From the NCBI GenBank assembly GCA_033853975.1, contig JAWOKY010000027.1:15444-79443 (forward strand): a stretch of DNA of 64,000 nt. Reading direction: 5' to 3'. Under the pieces are notes generated by a model. That model did no database searches. It had not been told where the DNA came from and saw only the letters and a list, made by a program, of their open reading frames with translations. Below are positions 19,841 to 29,199 of this stretch, piece by piece. Every line of letters starts with the position of its first letter. The stretch's first letter is position 1. This stretch comes from Thermodesulfovibrionales bacterium. GTDB taxonomy: Bacteria; Nitrospirota; Thermodesulfovibrionia; Thermodesulfovibrionales; UBA6898. The translations under genes and the position numbers were made by a program.

Positions 19841-20834
19841 ATACGACTTTGTTCTCCCTGAAGCGCTCATAGCCGCACGACCACTTCAGAAAAGAGACGA
19901 TTCAAGGCTCTTTGTCCTCCATAAGGACGGAACGTTCGAGCACCGACGATTCTTTGAACTTCCCTCCTATCTCAATGCCGGCGATTTGCTCGTCGTTAAC
20001 AAGACAAAGGTCTTCCCAGCCAGGCTGACGGGGGTTAAGCCTTCAGGCGGAAGACTCGACATTCTCCTTGTCAGGGAGGTCTCGCCCGGGGTGTGGGATA
20101 TAATGAGCAAGGGCAGATATACAGGCGCCCTTGACATATCCGGTGCGATAAATGCCTATATCTCCGACGGCAACAGGGCTGTTTTCGAGGACAATGCCGG
20201 GATCAGGGATCTGTTGTGGGAAAGGGGGAAGATGCCCCTTCCCCCATACATAAGACGCAGTCCCGACGAAAAGGACAGGGAGACATACCAGACTGTCTAC
20301 GCTGAGGTCGAAGGCTCAATAGCCGCGCCGACAGCGGGCCTTCACTTCACCGGGGAACTTTTCCGGGCACTGGAAGCACGATCGGTAGACATCAGGGCGA
20401 TTACTCTTCATGTCGGAACCGGTACATTCAGGACCGTCAAGACCAATGACATACGGGACCACACAATGGACAGTGAGTTTTTCGAATTCGAAACCAACCT
20501 TATCTCGGAGATCCGGGAGGTAAGGCGTCGGGGCAACAGAGTCGTTGCCGTTGGCACCACGACGACACGGGCGATCGAGGGGTTCCTCAGCGGCAGGTGC
20601 GAGGCGGTGTCATCAGACGGGACGATAAGAGGAACGACCGATATCTTCGTATACGAGGGGTACCAGCCGAGAGCGGTCGATGCGCTCATAACAAATTTTC
20701 ATCTTCCGCGCTCGACGCCCCTGATGCTCGCTTCTGTCTTTGCAGGGCGTAAAAGACTCCTCAGCGCATATGAGGAGGCGATATCGGCGGGATATAGATT
20801 TTTCTCATACGGGGATGCTATGCTTGTTTTATGA
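19827..20834 (+). CDS. queA: S-adenosylmethionine:tRNA ribosyltransferase-isomerase
   Basis: ORF 19689 trimmed to ATG 19827 (MKAAEYDFVLPEALIAARPL). YQTVYA, PTAGLHFT, VGTTTTRA and NFHLPRSTPLML motifs. Confidence 0.95.
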   Translation: MKAAEYDFVLPEALIAARPLQKRDDSRLFVLHKDGTFEHRRFFELPSYLNAGDLLVVNKTKVFPARLTGVKPSGGRLDILLVREVSPGVWDIMSKGRYTGALDISGAINAYISDGNRAVFEDNAGIRDLLWERGKMPLPPYIRRSPDEKDRETYQTVYAEVEGSIAAPTAGLHFTGELFRALEARSVDIRAITLHVGTGTFRTVKTNDIRDHTMDSEFFEFETNLISEIREVRRRGNRVVAVGTTTTRAIEGFLSGRCEAVSSDGTIRGTTDIFVYEGYQPRAVDALITNFHLPRSTPLMLASVFAGRKRLLSAYEEAISAGYRFFSYGDAMLVL

Positions 20835-21508
20835 AGGACGCTGATTTTAAAGACAAATCTTCTCCCCGCGGGTTTGGCAAGGGCCTGATAATCGTTATTG
20901 TGGTGGTCTTTTCTTCGCTGAGTTTCGTCCTCGGTTATTTTGTGGGAAAGCTCGGAAGGGACGAGCGAAGCGGCCCCTCCGGCAATGTGGCTGAAAGCGC
21001 GGTTCCGCTTGCCCCTGGCATCGCACCGCCACAGCCCGCCAAAACGGAAATCACAACAAGCGTAGCTTTGCCTGCAGATCAGACTCTTCCGACCGTTCCT
21101 CCGGACCCGGCGAAACAAGCCCCCGCCGGCATCAATCCTCCTTCGCCAGAGCATGAGACGGAAAAGGCCGGCCCGAAAGAGCCTCCCCCGGCGGTCACAA
21201 AGGAACAGCAGGTTGCCAAAAAGAAAGCGGCAACAGTAGAAGACAAGGCTGCTCAACGCCCCTCAGGCGGAGAGGTCTATACGGTGCAGCTTGGCGCCCT
21301 GAGGAAGGCGCCGGAGGCTAAAAAACTCCGTTCAAAACTCGAAAAAAAGGGATATAAGACTTTTTTGTTTACTGCAAAAAACAAAAGACATGAGAAAATA
21401 TATAAGGTGAGGGTCGGCGAGTTCAAACGGAAGAAGGACGCCGACGTCCTTGCGCTGAAGCTAAAAAAGACCGAGGGGCTGAACGCTTTTGTCACAGTCA
21501 AAGACTAA
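20831..21508 (+). CDS. SPOR domain protein (membrane-anchored, Pro/Ala-rich linker)
   Basis: ATGA overlap with queA. One N-terminal TM, a low-complexity linker, and a C-terminal SPOR fold (YTVQLGALRKAPEAKKLRSKLEKKGYKTFL...YKVRVGEFKRKKDADVLALKLK). Confidence 0.8.
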   Translation: MKDADFKDKSSPRGFGKGLIIVIVVVFSSLSFVLGYFVGKLGRDERSGPSGNVAESAVPLAPGIAPPQPAKTEITTSVALPADQTLPTVPPDPAKQAPAGINPPSPEHETEKAGPKEPPPAVTKEQQVAKKKAATVEDKAAQRPSGGEVYTVQLGALRKAPEAKKLRSKLEKKGYKTFLFTAKNKRHEKIYKVRVGEFKRKKDADVLALKLKKTEGLNAFVTVKD

Positions 21509-22484
21509 CAGGGACCACGAAGCCAGGACAGTGGTCATCGAATTCGACAGCGAGGAATACCCCGCACTTTTCGACAACCTCGAAAAAAACCTCAAACTCC
21601 TCGAGGAAACCATCGGGATAAGGGCGAGCTTCCGGGGCAACAGGATTTTCCTTAAGGGCGAGGACGCGAAGGTAAAGACCGCCGAAAAGATGATAAAGGA
21701 CCTGCGTCATGTCAGCTCTGAATTCAAGGGGCTCAGTCCTGAGGACATCAGGTATGCCGTTCGCTCCGTCTCCGAAGGCGGACAGGCGTCTCTGAAAGAG
21801 CTCATCCACGACCATATTCCCGTATCGTCAAAGAGGCGCTTCATCATCCCCAAGACTGAAACGCAGAAGAAATATATAGAGGCGATCAGACATCATGATA
21901 TAGTCGTCGGCATCGGCCCGGCAGGCACAGGGAAGACCTACCTCGCAATGGCTATGGCGATCAGCGCACTAATGACAAAACAGATAAGCAGGATAGTCCT
22001 GGCGAGGCCGGCGATCGAGGCCGGCGAGAAACTCGGCTTTCTGCCAGGGGACATGGTTGAAAAAGTAAACCCCTATCTAAGACCCCTGTACGACGCGCTC
22101 TTCGATATGATGGAGATGGAGAAGGCATCGAGACTCATCGAGCGCGGAACGATAGAGATCGCCCCCCTTGCCTTCATGAGGGGCAGGACCCTTAACGATT
22201 CTTTCATCATCCTCGATGAGGCTCAGAATACGACCTCCGAACAGATGAAGATGTACCTTACAAGACTCGGCTTCAATTCAAAGACGGTCATTACGGGCGA
22301 CGTCACTCAGATCGATCTTCCGCAGGGAAAGGCATCCGGACTGATCGAGATCACCAAGATTCTCCGCGGTGTTGAGGGCATCAGTTTTGTGTACTTCTCA
22401 GAGAAGGATGTCGTAAGACACAAACTCGTTCAGGAAATCGTAAAGGCGTACGAGAAATATGAAAAACGGGAAACCGAAGGATAA
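21489..22484 (+). CDS. phoH: PhoH-family ATPase
   Basis: Walker A GPAGTGKTYLAMA, FIILDEAQN and GD.TQIDLP. Start uncertain (TTG 21489 overlapping SPOR, or GTG 21531). Confidence 0.9.
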   Translation: MSQSKTNRDHEARTVVIEFDSEEYPALFDNLEKNLKLLEETIGIRASFRGNRIFLKGEDAKVKTAEKMIKDLRHVSSEFKGLSPEDIRYAVRSVSEGGQASLKELIHDHIPVSSKRRFIIPKTETQKKYIEAIRHHDIVVGIGPAGTGKTYLAMAMAISALMTKQISRIVLARPAIEAGEKLGFLPGDMVEKVNPYLRPLYDALFDMMEMEKASRLIERGTIEIAPLAFMRGRTLNDSFIILDEAQNTTSEQMKMYLTRLGFNSKTVITGDVTQIDLPQGKASGLIEITKILRGVEGISFVYFSEKDVVRHKLVQEIVKAYEKYEKRETEG

Positions 22485-23994
22485 AAGGATCGACAAGATA
22501 AAATTCGATTTGAAGTCGAACCGTCTGAGGATTGTCATCCTGGCGGTCGTGTCGCTGCTGGTCTCTCTGTCGCTGATGACCGAACTAAACGCGGAGGCTT
22601 TTTTTGGGGGCGCCCTCATTGCCGCTGTGCTCCTGTTCATACTCTACCGGGACATCATGCGCTACAAGCCGGCCTATATCGATAATTACAGTACGCTCAC
22701 CCTTCTCGTCCTGATGTTCATCGGCACGCTCCTCATCGGCAGGTCCTTTGAATACCTCCTTCAGAACCTGTCCAAGGGTCTCGGCTTTCTTGCGATAGAT
22801 ACGACGATTTTCGGCATGCCGATAGCGGCCGGCGCAATGCTCGTCACCCTCCTTTTCGACTTTCATACCGCAATCACCTTCTCCTTTACCATCAGCCTTC
22901 TCAGCGGCTACTGGCTCCATGACTCTTTCTTCCCTCTCTATGCGTTTGTCGGCAGCCTCACCGCCGCTTTCAGCGTGATCAGGTGCAAGAAGAGGTCAGC
23001 CCTGCTGCGCGGGGGACTTTATGTGGTTATGGTTAATGTGATGATGGTCCTGATCCTTCTCATCTCCGAAAAGGCCTTTTTCTTCAACGAAATTATTTCT
23101 GCCGTTTCCTTCGCCGTATTTTCGGGAATAACCGTCGCCTCCATCGTCTCGATGCTTCTTCCGGTCCTTGAGTATGCCTTCAAGATCACCACTGATATCA
23201 GTCTGCTGGAGCTGTTAGACCTCAACCAGCCCCTTATGAAGGCCCTGATGATAAACGCCCCCGGCACCTACCACCACAGCGTAATTGTGGGCAATCTCGT
23301 AGAGGCTGCGGCCGAGGCTGTGGGCGTCAATCCGCTCCTGGCCCGGGTGAGCTCCTATTATCACGACATCGGAAAGATAAAGATGCCGGAGTATTTCGTC
23401 GAAAACCAGAGTGTTTCCCCGAGCAAGCACGAAAAATTGACCCCTCACATGAGCACAATGATCATCACAAACCATGTCAAAGAAGGTGTCGAGCTTGCAA
23501 CCCAGTACAAACTGCCGCAGACAATAATCGACATCATCAAGCAGCACCACGGGTCGGCGCTTATCACCTATTTTTACCAGAAGGCGCGGGAACAGGGACA
23601 GGAGAACCTCACGGAGAACGACTACAAGTATCCGGGACCGAAACCGCAGACTCGCGTTGCGGCCCTGGTGATGATGGCCGACGCCGTCGAAGCGGCATCG
23701 AGGGTCCTGAACGACCCCACACCTGCGCGTATCTCCGCGCTTGTTGACAAGATCATCAATCACATATTTCTCGACGGGCAACTCGATGAGTGCGAGCTTA
23801 CCCTCAAGGACATCTCCGAGATTAAACGGAGGTTCACTTACATTCTCACCGGTATCTTCCACAAGAGGATCGATTATCCGGGATTCGACTTCACCAATGA
23901 AAATATATCTAAGGAACAGTCAAAGATCGACAGGATTAAATCTTCCGAGGATAAAAAGGGAACTCGCCAAGGCGCTCCGCTTGCTCGGGTGTGA
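22459..23994 (+). CDS. 7TM-receptor HD/HDIG phosphohydrolase (YqfF type)
   Basis: Seven predicted TM helices followed by an HD domain (HHSVIVGNL...YYHDIGK...QHHG). Conserved phoH-HD-ybeY-dgkA order. Confidence 0.85.
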   Translation: MKNGKPKDKRIDKIKFDLKSNRLRIVILAVVSLLVSLSLMTELNAEAFFGGALIAAVLLFILYRDIMRYKPAYIDNYSTLTLLVLMFIGTLLIGRSFEYLLQNLSKGLGFLAIDTTIFGMPIAAGAMLVTLLFDFHTAITFSFTISLLSGYWLHDSFFPLYAFVGSLTAAFSVIRCKKRSALLRGGLYVVMVNVMMVLILLISEKAFFFNEIISAVSFAVFSGITVASIVSMLLPVLEYAFKITTDISLLELLDLNQPLMKALMINAPGTYHHSVIVGNLVEAAAEAVGVNPLLARVSSYYHDIGKIKMPEYFVENQSVSPSKHEKLTPHMSTMIITNHVKEGVELATQYKLPQTIIDIIKQHHGSALITYFYQKAREQGQENLTENDYKYPGPKPQTRVAALVMMADAVEAASRVLNDPTPARISALVDKIINHIFLDGQLDECELTLKDISEIKRRFTYILTGIFHKRIDYPGFDFTNENISKEQSKIDRIKSSEDKKGTRQGAPLARV

Positions 23995-24337
23995 GAGCCC
24001 CGAACTAAGCGTCCTTTTTGTCAACAGTGCAAAGATGAAGGAACTCAATACCCGATACCGCGGGATAGAGAGGTCCACGGACGTGCTATCATTTCCTCTT
24101 TCGGAAGGTGGTCCGGCGTCCTGCAACGGCCCTCTTGGAGACGTCGTGATCTGCGTTCCGAAAGCCAGGAAACAGGCAGTGGAGTACGGGGTCACATTCC
24201 ATGACGAACTTCTTCGGCTGCTCGTCCACGGGCTCCTCCATCTTCTCGGATTCGACCATGAAAGGAACGCTTATCAGAGAAGAAGAATGGAGAAAAAGGA
24301 AAGAGAGATCCTGAATGCCCTTTCGACAGTGGCTTAA
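23897..24337 (+). CDS. ybeY: rRNA maturation RNase YbeY
   Basis: ORF 23741 trimmed to MKIYLRN... at 23897. TDVLSFPL and the zinc motif HGLLHLLGFDHE. This start overlaps the preceding gene by 98 nt. Confidence 0.85.
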   Translation: MKIYLRNSQRSTGLNLPRIKRELAKALRLLGCESPELSVLFVNSAKMKELNTRYRGIERSTDVLSFPLSEGGPASCNGPLGDVVICVPKARKQAVEYGVTFHDELLRLLVHGLLHLLGFDHERNAYQRRRMEKKEREILNALSTVA

Positions 24338-25013
24338 AAGCGCCAACTTCGCGATAGAAGGCATCCTCCACGGTGCCAAGACACAGAGGCACCTGCGATA
24401 TCATTTTTTTTCTGCCGCCGCAGTTTTACTGGCAAGCTATGTTCTCGGCGTCTCCCGGATGGAGTTTATCGTCATATCCCTCGCCGTGATCCTCGTTCTT
24501 TCGGCCGAGATGCTCAATAGCGCAATAGAAAGTGTTGTTGACCTGCTTTCCCCACAATATTCCGAGAAGGCGCGTGTCGCCAAAGATCTCGCGGCCGGGG
24601 CTGTTTTTATCACCGCCTTTGGCGCAGCGGTCCTTGGATATATCATCCTTTTCCCCTACGTGAAAGCCTTTTTCCATCAGGGATTTTATATCGCACGCCA
24701 TTCACAGGAGCAGATATCGCTCATAGCCTTCGTACTCGTGCTCATATTCGTTGTGATAGCAAAGTCGTATTTCGGCAAGGGACACCCCCTGAGCGGCGGG
24801 ATGCCGAGCGGTCATGCCGCCCTCGCCTTCTCGGTCTGGGTTTCCGTCACATTCGTAAGCGGTGACTTTCTGGTGTCTGCGCTCTGTTTCGTTCTCGCCG
24901 CGGTGGTTGCGCAGAGCCGTGTCACTTCCAGAGTCCATAGTCCGATGGAGGTCATCGCCGGCGCACTCATGGGGTCGCTTCTCACCTTTTTCCTCTTCAG
25001 GATCTTTTCCTGA
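24315..25013 (+). CDS. fusion protein: DgkA-type (diacylglycerol/undecaprenol) kinase + PAP2 phosphatase
   Basis: N-terminal ~120 aa match DgkA (NFAIEGILHG...LNSAIESVVD...AKDLAAGAV). The C-terminal half has PAP2 motifs (SGGMPSGHA...SRV.SRVHSP.EV.AG). Confidence 0.8.
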   Translation: MPFRQWLKSANFAIEGILHGAKTQRHLRYHFFSAAAVLLASYVLGVSRMEFIVISLAVILVLSAEMLNSAIESVVDLLSPQYSEKARVAKDLAAGAVFITAFGAAVLGYIILFPYVKAFFHQGFYIARHSQEQISLIAFVLVLIFVVIAKSYFGKGHPLSGGMPSGHAALAFSVWVSVTFVSGDFLVSALCFVLAAVVAQSRVTSRVHSPMEVIAGALMGSLLTFFLFRIFS

Positions 25014-25094
25014 AACCTGCCACGGTTTCCTTGTTGCATATTTCCTTAATTCTGTTTGCGATGATATAATGATAAAAAATTACCGGAGGTTGCC

Positions 25095-25469
25095 ATGGAA
25101 AAAAAGAAATTCGTCTTCATCATCAACCATTCTTTCGACAAACCCGATATGGCTGCGGGGGCGCTGCAGCTGGCTGCCAACATGAAGGCCTTCGACGTCG
25201 AACTCGACTTTTTCCTGATCAACGAAGGGGTCATGCTCGCCAAGAAGGGTTTTGCAGAGACGATCACCTGGCAGAAAAAAGACGGCTTCTCGCCGATACA
25301 TGAACTTCTGAAGACACTCACTGAAGACTTCGGCGCAAACTTCTACATCTGTGCCTCGTGCGTGAAACCATACGGCCTGGAGGGAGCAGAACTGATCAAG
25401 AACGCGACGCCCAAACCCGGGTCCTTTCTCGGGCAGCTGCTCATGGAGAGGCAAAGCGTGAGTTTCTGA
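25095..25469 (+). CDS. DsrE/DsrF-like family protein
   Basis: 124 aa. KFVFIINHS...AGALQLAAN...DFFL.NEGV...FYICASC pattern of the DsrE fold. GGAGG SD. Confidence 0.65.
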   Translation: MEKKKFVFIINHSFDKPDMAAGALQLAANMKAFDVELDFFLINEGVMLAKKGFAETITWQKKDGFSPIHELLKTLTEDFGANFYICASCVKPYGLEGAELIKNATPKPGSFLGQLLMERQSVSF

Positions 25470-25508
25470 AGAAATATGGTGGGAATCTGCGGGTACGCCC
25501 GCGGGTTC

Positions 25509-26759
25509 TCAGGGCCGCACTCTCAAGTAATTGACACCCTTTTCGAGACCCTCGATCCTGAAAAGGTCGTCGCCCCTGATCAGTTCCGCCAGCCTTTCCG
25601 GGCTGATCTGGTTATAGAAAACCGGTCTTATCATGGCGGGGTCTTCCGTGTCCCCTAACAGGTTTTTCTTCAGGGACTCATCGTTCATGATGATTTTCGT
25701 GATCTGAAGCGGTCTGTAAAGCCTGATGCAGGTGTTTATGCCCACGCTGTCGGGCTGGAGCCTCCTGAACATGTCGAGATAGAAAACCAGGGTCTCCTCG
25801 GTCTCATAGGGGAACCCCGCGAGGAAATCCACGACTATCTTAAGGCCGCTCGACCTGGCGCTGAAGATTATCTTTTCGATGTCGGAATAATAGAGCGGGC
25901 ATTTTTTCCAGGAATCCACCGTCAGTGTAACAAGAGAAACTCCGCTTTCCTTCATGAGCCTGAAAAGCCTCTTGTTGAAATTGGCGGGCTTCATATAGAC
26001 TGACCAGTCGATATCAAGTCTTTCCTTCCCGAGGGCGGCGCAGAAGTCAAGACAATAATCCAGGTCTTCATTGAACTCGGGATCGCAGAGGTGAAAACGG
26101 CGACACCCTGCCCCGGCTAATCGCATTATCTCTTCGATCACGTCTTCGATCCGTCGAAATGAGACATTGCTGTTCGCCTCCAGGCAGTAAACACAGGAAG
26201 AGCCACAGCCCCTGTGCGTCTCGAACCCGGCCGTCCCTCCCCCCTCATAATATCTTCCGTAATCTATCCCCCCCGTTGTCCGGCGGCATGAAAGGTCGTA
26301 GCGGTATTGCCGCCTGCGTATCCTCCCCGGGTCCTCTCCTGCCCCGATCTCATCGATAACATCCCTGATAACTTCCTCCCCCGGGCCGTCGATAGCAAAA
26401 TCCGCCTGAAGATATTCAAGGATTGCTTCGGCGCCGGCAGAAACGCCCGCTCCGCCGATGATTACCTTAAGCCGATGAATTCTCCTGATATGGGCGATCA
26501 TCTCCCGTATGGTGTCGAGAAAGAATTCGTTCGTCTGATAGAGCACGGTATCGACGTTTCGCACCGTTATGCCAACGATTTCCGGCCTGAATGACCAGAC
26601 TGCGGCATCGATCTCTTCCATGGGCGATTCGGAAAAGCACAGGTCGAGAATCTTCACTTCGTGTCCGCCCTCTTCGAGCGACGCGGCAACCTCCTCAAGC
26701 CCGATGGGCGGGACCGGGGGGTACTTGTAGTTGTTCGGGTTAATGAGGAGAACCTTCAT
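25509..26759 (-). CDS. B12-binding-domain radical SAM protein
   Basis: N-terminal cobalamin-binding-type domain (MKVLLINPN...PPIGLEEVAASLEEGGHEVKILD) and a radical SAM cluster motif ETHRGCGSSCVYC. Confidence 0.85.
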   Translation of the reverse strand: MKVLLINPNNYKYPPVPPIGLEEVAASLEEGGHEVKILDLCFSESPMEEIDAAVWSFRPEIVGITVRNVDTVLYQTNEFFLDTIREMIAHIRRIHRLKVIIGGAGVSAGAEAILEYLQADFAIDGPGEEVIRDVIDEIGAGEDPGRIRRRQYRYDLSCRRTTGGIDYGRYYEGGGTAGFETHRGCGSSCVYCLEANSNVSFRRIEDVIEEIMRLAGAGCRRFHLCDPEFNEDLDYCLDFCAALGKERLDIDWSVYMKPANFNKRLFRLMKESGVSLVTLTVDSWKKCPLYYSDIEKIIFSARSSGLKIVVDFLAGFPYETEETLVFYLDMFRRLQPDSVGINTCIRLYRPLQITKIIMNDESLKKNLLGDTEDPAMIRPVFYNQISPERLAELIRGDDLFRIEGLEKGVNYLRVRP

Positions 26760-26846
26760 TTTTTTATAATAAAATATCTGAGCCGCTCCTGTCCCTCCCT
26801 CCGCTGCCTTATTGAAAACGACAGCCTTTTCGTTTAAGATACGGCC

Positions 26847-27770
26847 ATGAAAAAATATATTCCTGCTATCCTTTTTTCGACTTTTTTATTGTTAAGTCTC
26901 GCCGCCCTGGCGTGTGCGACTCCTGAATATGCCCGACAGACAGGACTCATGTGCAGCCGGTGCCATATAGATGCCACCGGGGGCGGTCCCCTTACCCCCG
27001 CAGGCCAGACCTTCCTTGCACAACTGAAGATGAGAGGCCTTTACAGCCCGCCCAGTCTGACAGAAAGGATAATGCGGGTGATCACAGGATATGTCCACCT
27101 CCTGACCGCGATAATCTGGTTTGGGACAATACTTTATGTCCACGTCCTCCTTAAGCCCACATATGCTGCAAAAGGCCTTCCCAGGGGAGAACTTCTTCTT
27201 GGCTGGGCATCAATAATCATTATGGCGACCTCAGGCACCCTTCTGGCAATCATGACGATGCCCTCATGGAGGGCCTTCTACACAACCCGATTAGGTATAC
27301 TCCTCAGCATAAAGATATTCCTTTTCCTCATCATGACGGGCACGGCGGCTGTCGTCACTTTTTATGTTGGTCCGAAGATGAAGGCAAAGATGAAGCGGCA
27401 AGACGCAGCCAGCGCCGCAGAAGAGACTGATTTCAGCATCGAGGAACTGCGGGCCTTTGACGGCAGGGAAGGGAGGGCCGCTTACATAGCCTTTAAAGGC
27501 AATGTCTACGATGTGACCGCTAGCAGGCTCTGGAAGGATGGATCTCATCTGAGAAAGCATTCCGCGGGCGGCGACCTGACCGAGATACTGAAGACCGCCC
27601 CCCACGGCGAAGAGAAGATCCTCTCGATGAGGAGAATAGGCAGAGTCAGGTCAGGGTTTGAGGGGGCCAGACCTTTTTATGAAAGAGTTTTTTATTTGTT
27701 CGCTTACATGAATCTTGTCATCGTTTTTCTGATCGTCTTCGTGATAGCTCTCATGAGATGGGGTGACTGA
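26847..27770 (+). CDS. membrane redox protein: CxxCH heme c motif + 4 TM + cytochrome b5-like domain
   Basis: Signal peptide, C36-S-R-C-H40, three TM helices, a soluble insert with a b5-like pattern (AYIAFKGNVYDVT...KHSAGGDLTEILKTAPHG), and a final TM. Confidence 0.6.
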   Translation: MKKYIPAILFSTFLLLSLAALACATPEYARQTGLMCSRCHIDATGGGPLTPAGQTFLAQLKMRGLYSPPSLTERIMRVITGYVHLLTAIIWFGTILYVHVLLKPTYAAKGLPRGELLLGWASIIIMATSGTLLAIMTMPSWRAFYTTRLGILLSIKIFLFLIMTGTAAVVTFYVGPKMKAKMKRQDAASAAEETDFSIEELRAFDGREGRAAYIAFKGNVYDVTASRLWKDGSHLRKHSAGGDLTEILKTAPHGEEKILSMRRIGRVRSGFEGARPFYERVFYLFAYMNLVIVFLIVFVIALMRWGD

Positions 27771-27873
27771 CGACATCTCCATGAAAGTTCTTTCCAATCC
27801 CTGGATATTGTGGTAAAGTAACGCACCGCCTTTACAGGGGTCCTGAACTTCTTCAGAAAAAGGAGGAGCATAC

Positions 27874-28305
27874 ATGAGACCTGCAGCATTTATACTCACG
27901 CCGTTTCTTCTTTTTTTTGTACTCCAGGGATGCGCATCGACTGGCGGCGTCGTCCACTCCAGGGATAAGGGAAAAAGCATCATCTATCCGGTAACGAAAG
28001 ACCAGGCATGGGATATTGCAAAGACAGTTTTCCGTTGGGAGGGCGCGGAGGATATCGAAGAACACAGAAACAAGGATTACATCCTCGCAGGCAAGGGCAA
28101 ACACCCCCTCTTTTACGATTCAGTGGTCTGTGCGTGGCTCGAGCCGGTTGACAGTGAGGACACCAAGGTAACGGTGGTCAGTGATCACAAGCGTTCGCTG
28201 GATGAGGCGGCCCATTTCACAAAAACGACATTTCTTTGGCGGTTCAGCCAGGCCGTAGAGATCATCAAGGAGGGAAGGACTCTTCCCGCGGCACCGCCGG
28301 ATTAA
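27874..28305 (+). CDS. lipoprotein, unknown function
   Basis: AAGGAGGAG SD. Signal peptide with lipobox VLQGC. No motif recognised. Confidence 0.55.
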   Translation: MRPAAFILTPFLLFFVLQGCASTGGVVHSRDKGKSIIYPVTKDQAWDIAKTVFRWEGAEDIEEHRNKDYILAGKGKHPLFYDSVVCAWLEPVDSEDTKVTVVSDHKRSLDEAAHFTKTTFLWRFSQAVEIIKEGRTLPAAPPD

Positions 28306-28318
28306 CCGTAAGGGTGCA

Positions 28319-29005
28319 TTAAATCCGTCCCTGGCTTTCATAGACGAAACGGAGGAAGGCGTTGAGGCGCGCCCTGTCATCCAGCGTCATCGCCGTGAAC
28401 TCCACACCCGTCCTGAATAGTCTGATGCCCTCCCGGGCCGCTTCCTGACTTGAGGCTATTCTTCCCCTGAAATTTATCGGCCTGTCGTCGTCCGGCAGGA
28501 AAAGTTCCATAGGAAAAAATTCCCCTTCCGACAGGGCTCGTTTTGTCTCTATCAGCATGCCGCTAAGGCTTATCAACCTCACCGAACAGGTCTCCAGACC
28601 TTCCACAACCGCCTTCTCGTGTGTGGGGATCTTAAACCTTATGCCCTTGAGCCTCTTGTCCCTGCCGTCTATGATTTCCTTCATGAAATCTATGATTCGG
28701 GTCATTTGCGATGTCATGACATCCCGCAGTTCAATCCCGGCCAGGAACAAAAGATCCTTCCCCCCGATCTTCTTCCTTCCGACCTGCGTCTCCCATTTGA
28801 CCACACCCCTCACTGCGACGGGAGGAACGCCCTCGAATTCAAATCTCAGCGTGTATTCTCCGCCGACTCTGAGCCTTCTCGCACACAATATGGATACGCC
28901 GGTCGTACTTATGTCGTGTATTTCCGCCTCTGAGGAAACGACCGCAGAGGTTTGAACATCAAGATCATCCACGGCCAACCTTAAATACTGCCTTCTCTCC
29001 TTCAT
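28319..29005 (-). CDS. tandem PilZ-domain protein
   Basis: N-terminal canonical PilZ motifs RRQYLR ... DISTTG. The second half has a degenerate repeat (KRLKGIRF ... ISLSGM). Confidence 0.75.
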   Translation of the reverse strand: MKERRQYLRLAVDDLDVQTSAVVSSEAEIHDISTTGVSILCARRLRVGGEYTLRFEFEGVPPVAVRGVVKWETQVGRKKIGGKDLLFLAGIELRDVMTSQMTRIIDFMKEIIDGRDKRLKGIRFKIPTHEKAVVEGLETCSVRLISLSGMLIETKRALSEGEFFPMELFLPDDDRPINFRGRIASSQEAAREGIRLFRTGVEFTAMTLDDRARLNAFLRFVYESQGRI

Positions 29006-29147
29006 CTACACTCCTAAACAGTCGCCCGGATGGGCTTTTTCTCAAGTCCTCGATATTTAAAGGCTATCAGATTCATGTGCCATGTCAACCTTCCCGCCGC
29101 GAAACCAGCAATCTCGGGGCATTACCAGTTTATCTTATAAGAAGAAC

Positions 29148-29176
29148 TTGACATTTGCCCTTTGTTCCGCTATATT
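29148..29176 (+). promoter_or_regulatory. sigma-70 type promoter for the PilZ gene at 29200
   Basis: TTGACA (29148-29153), 17-nt spacer, TATATT (29171-29176). AGGAGG SD at 29188, GTG start at 29200. Confidence 0.65.
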
Positions 29177-29199
29177 GAGACCATTACAGGAGGTCGGGA

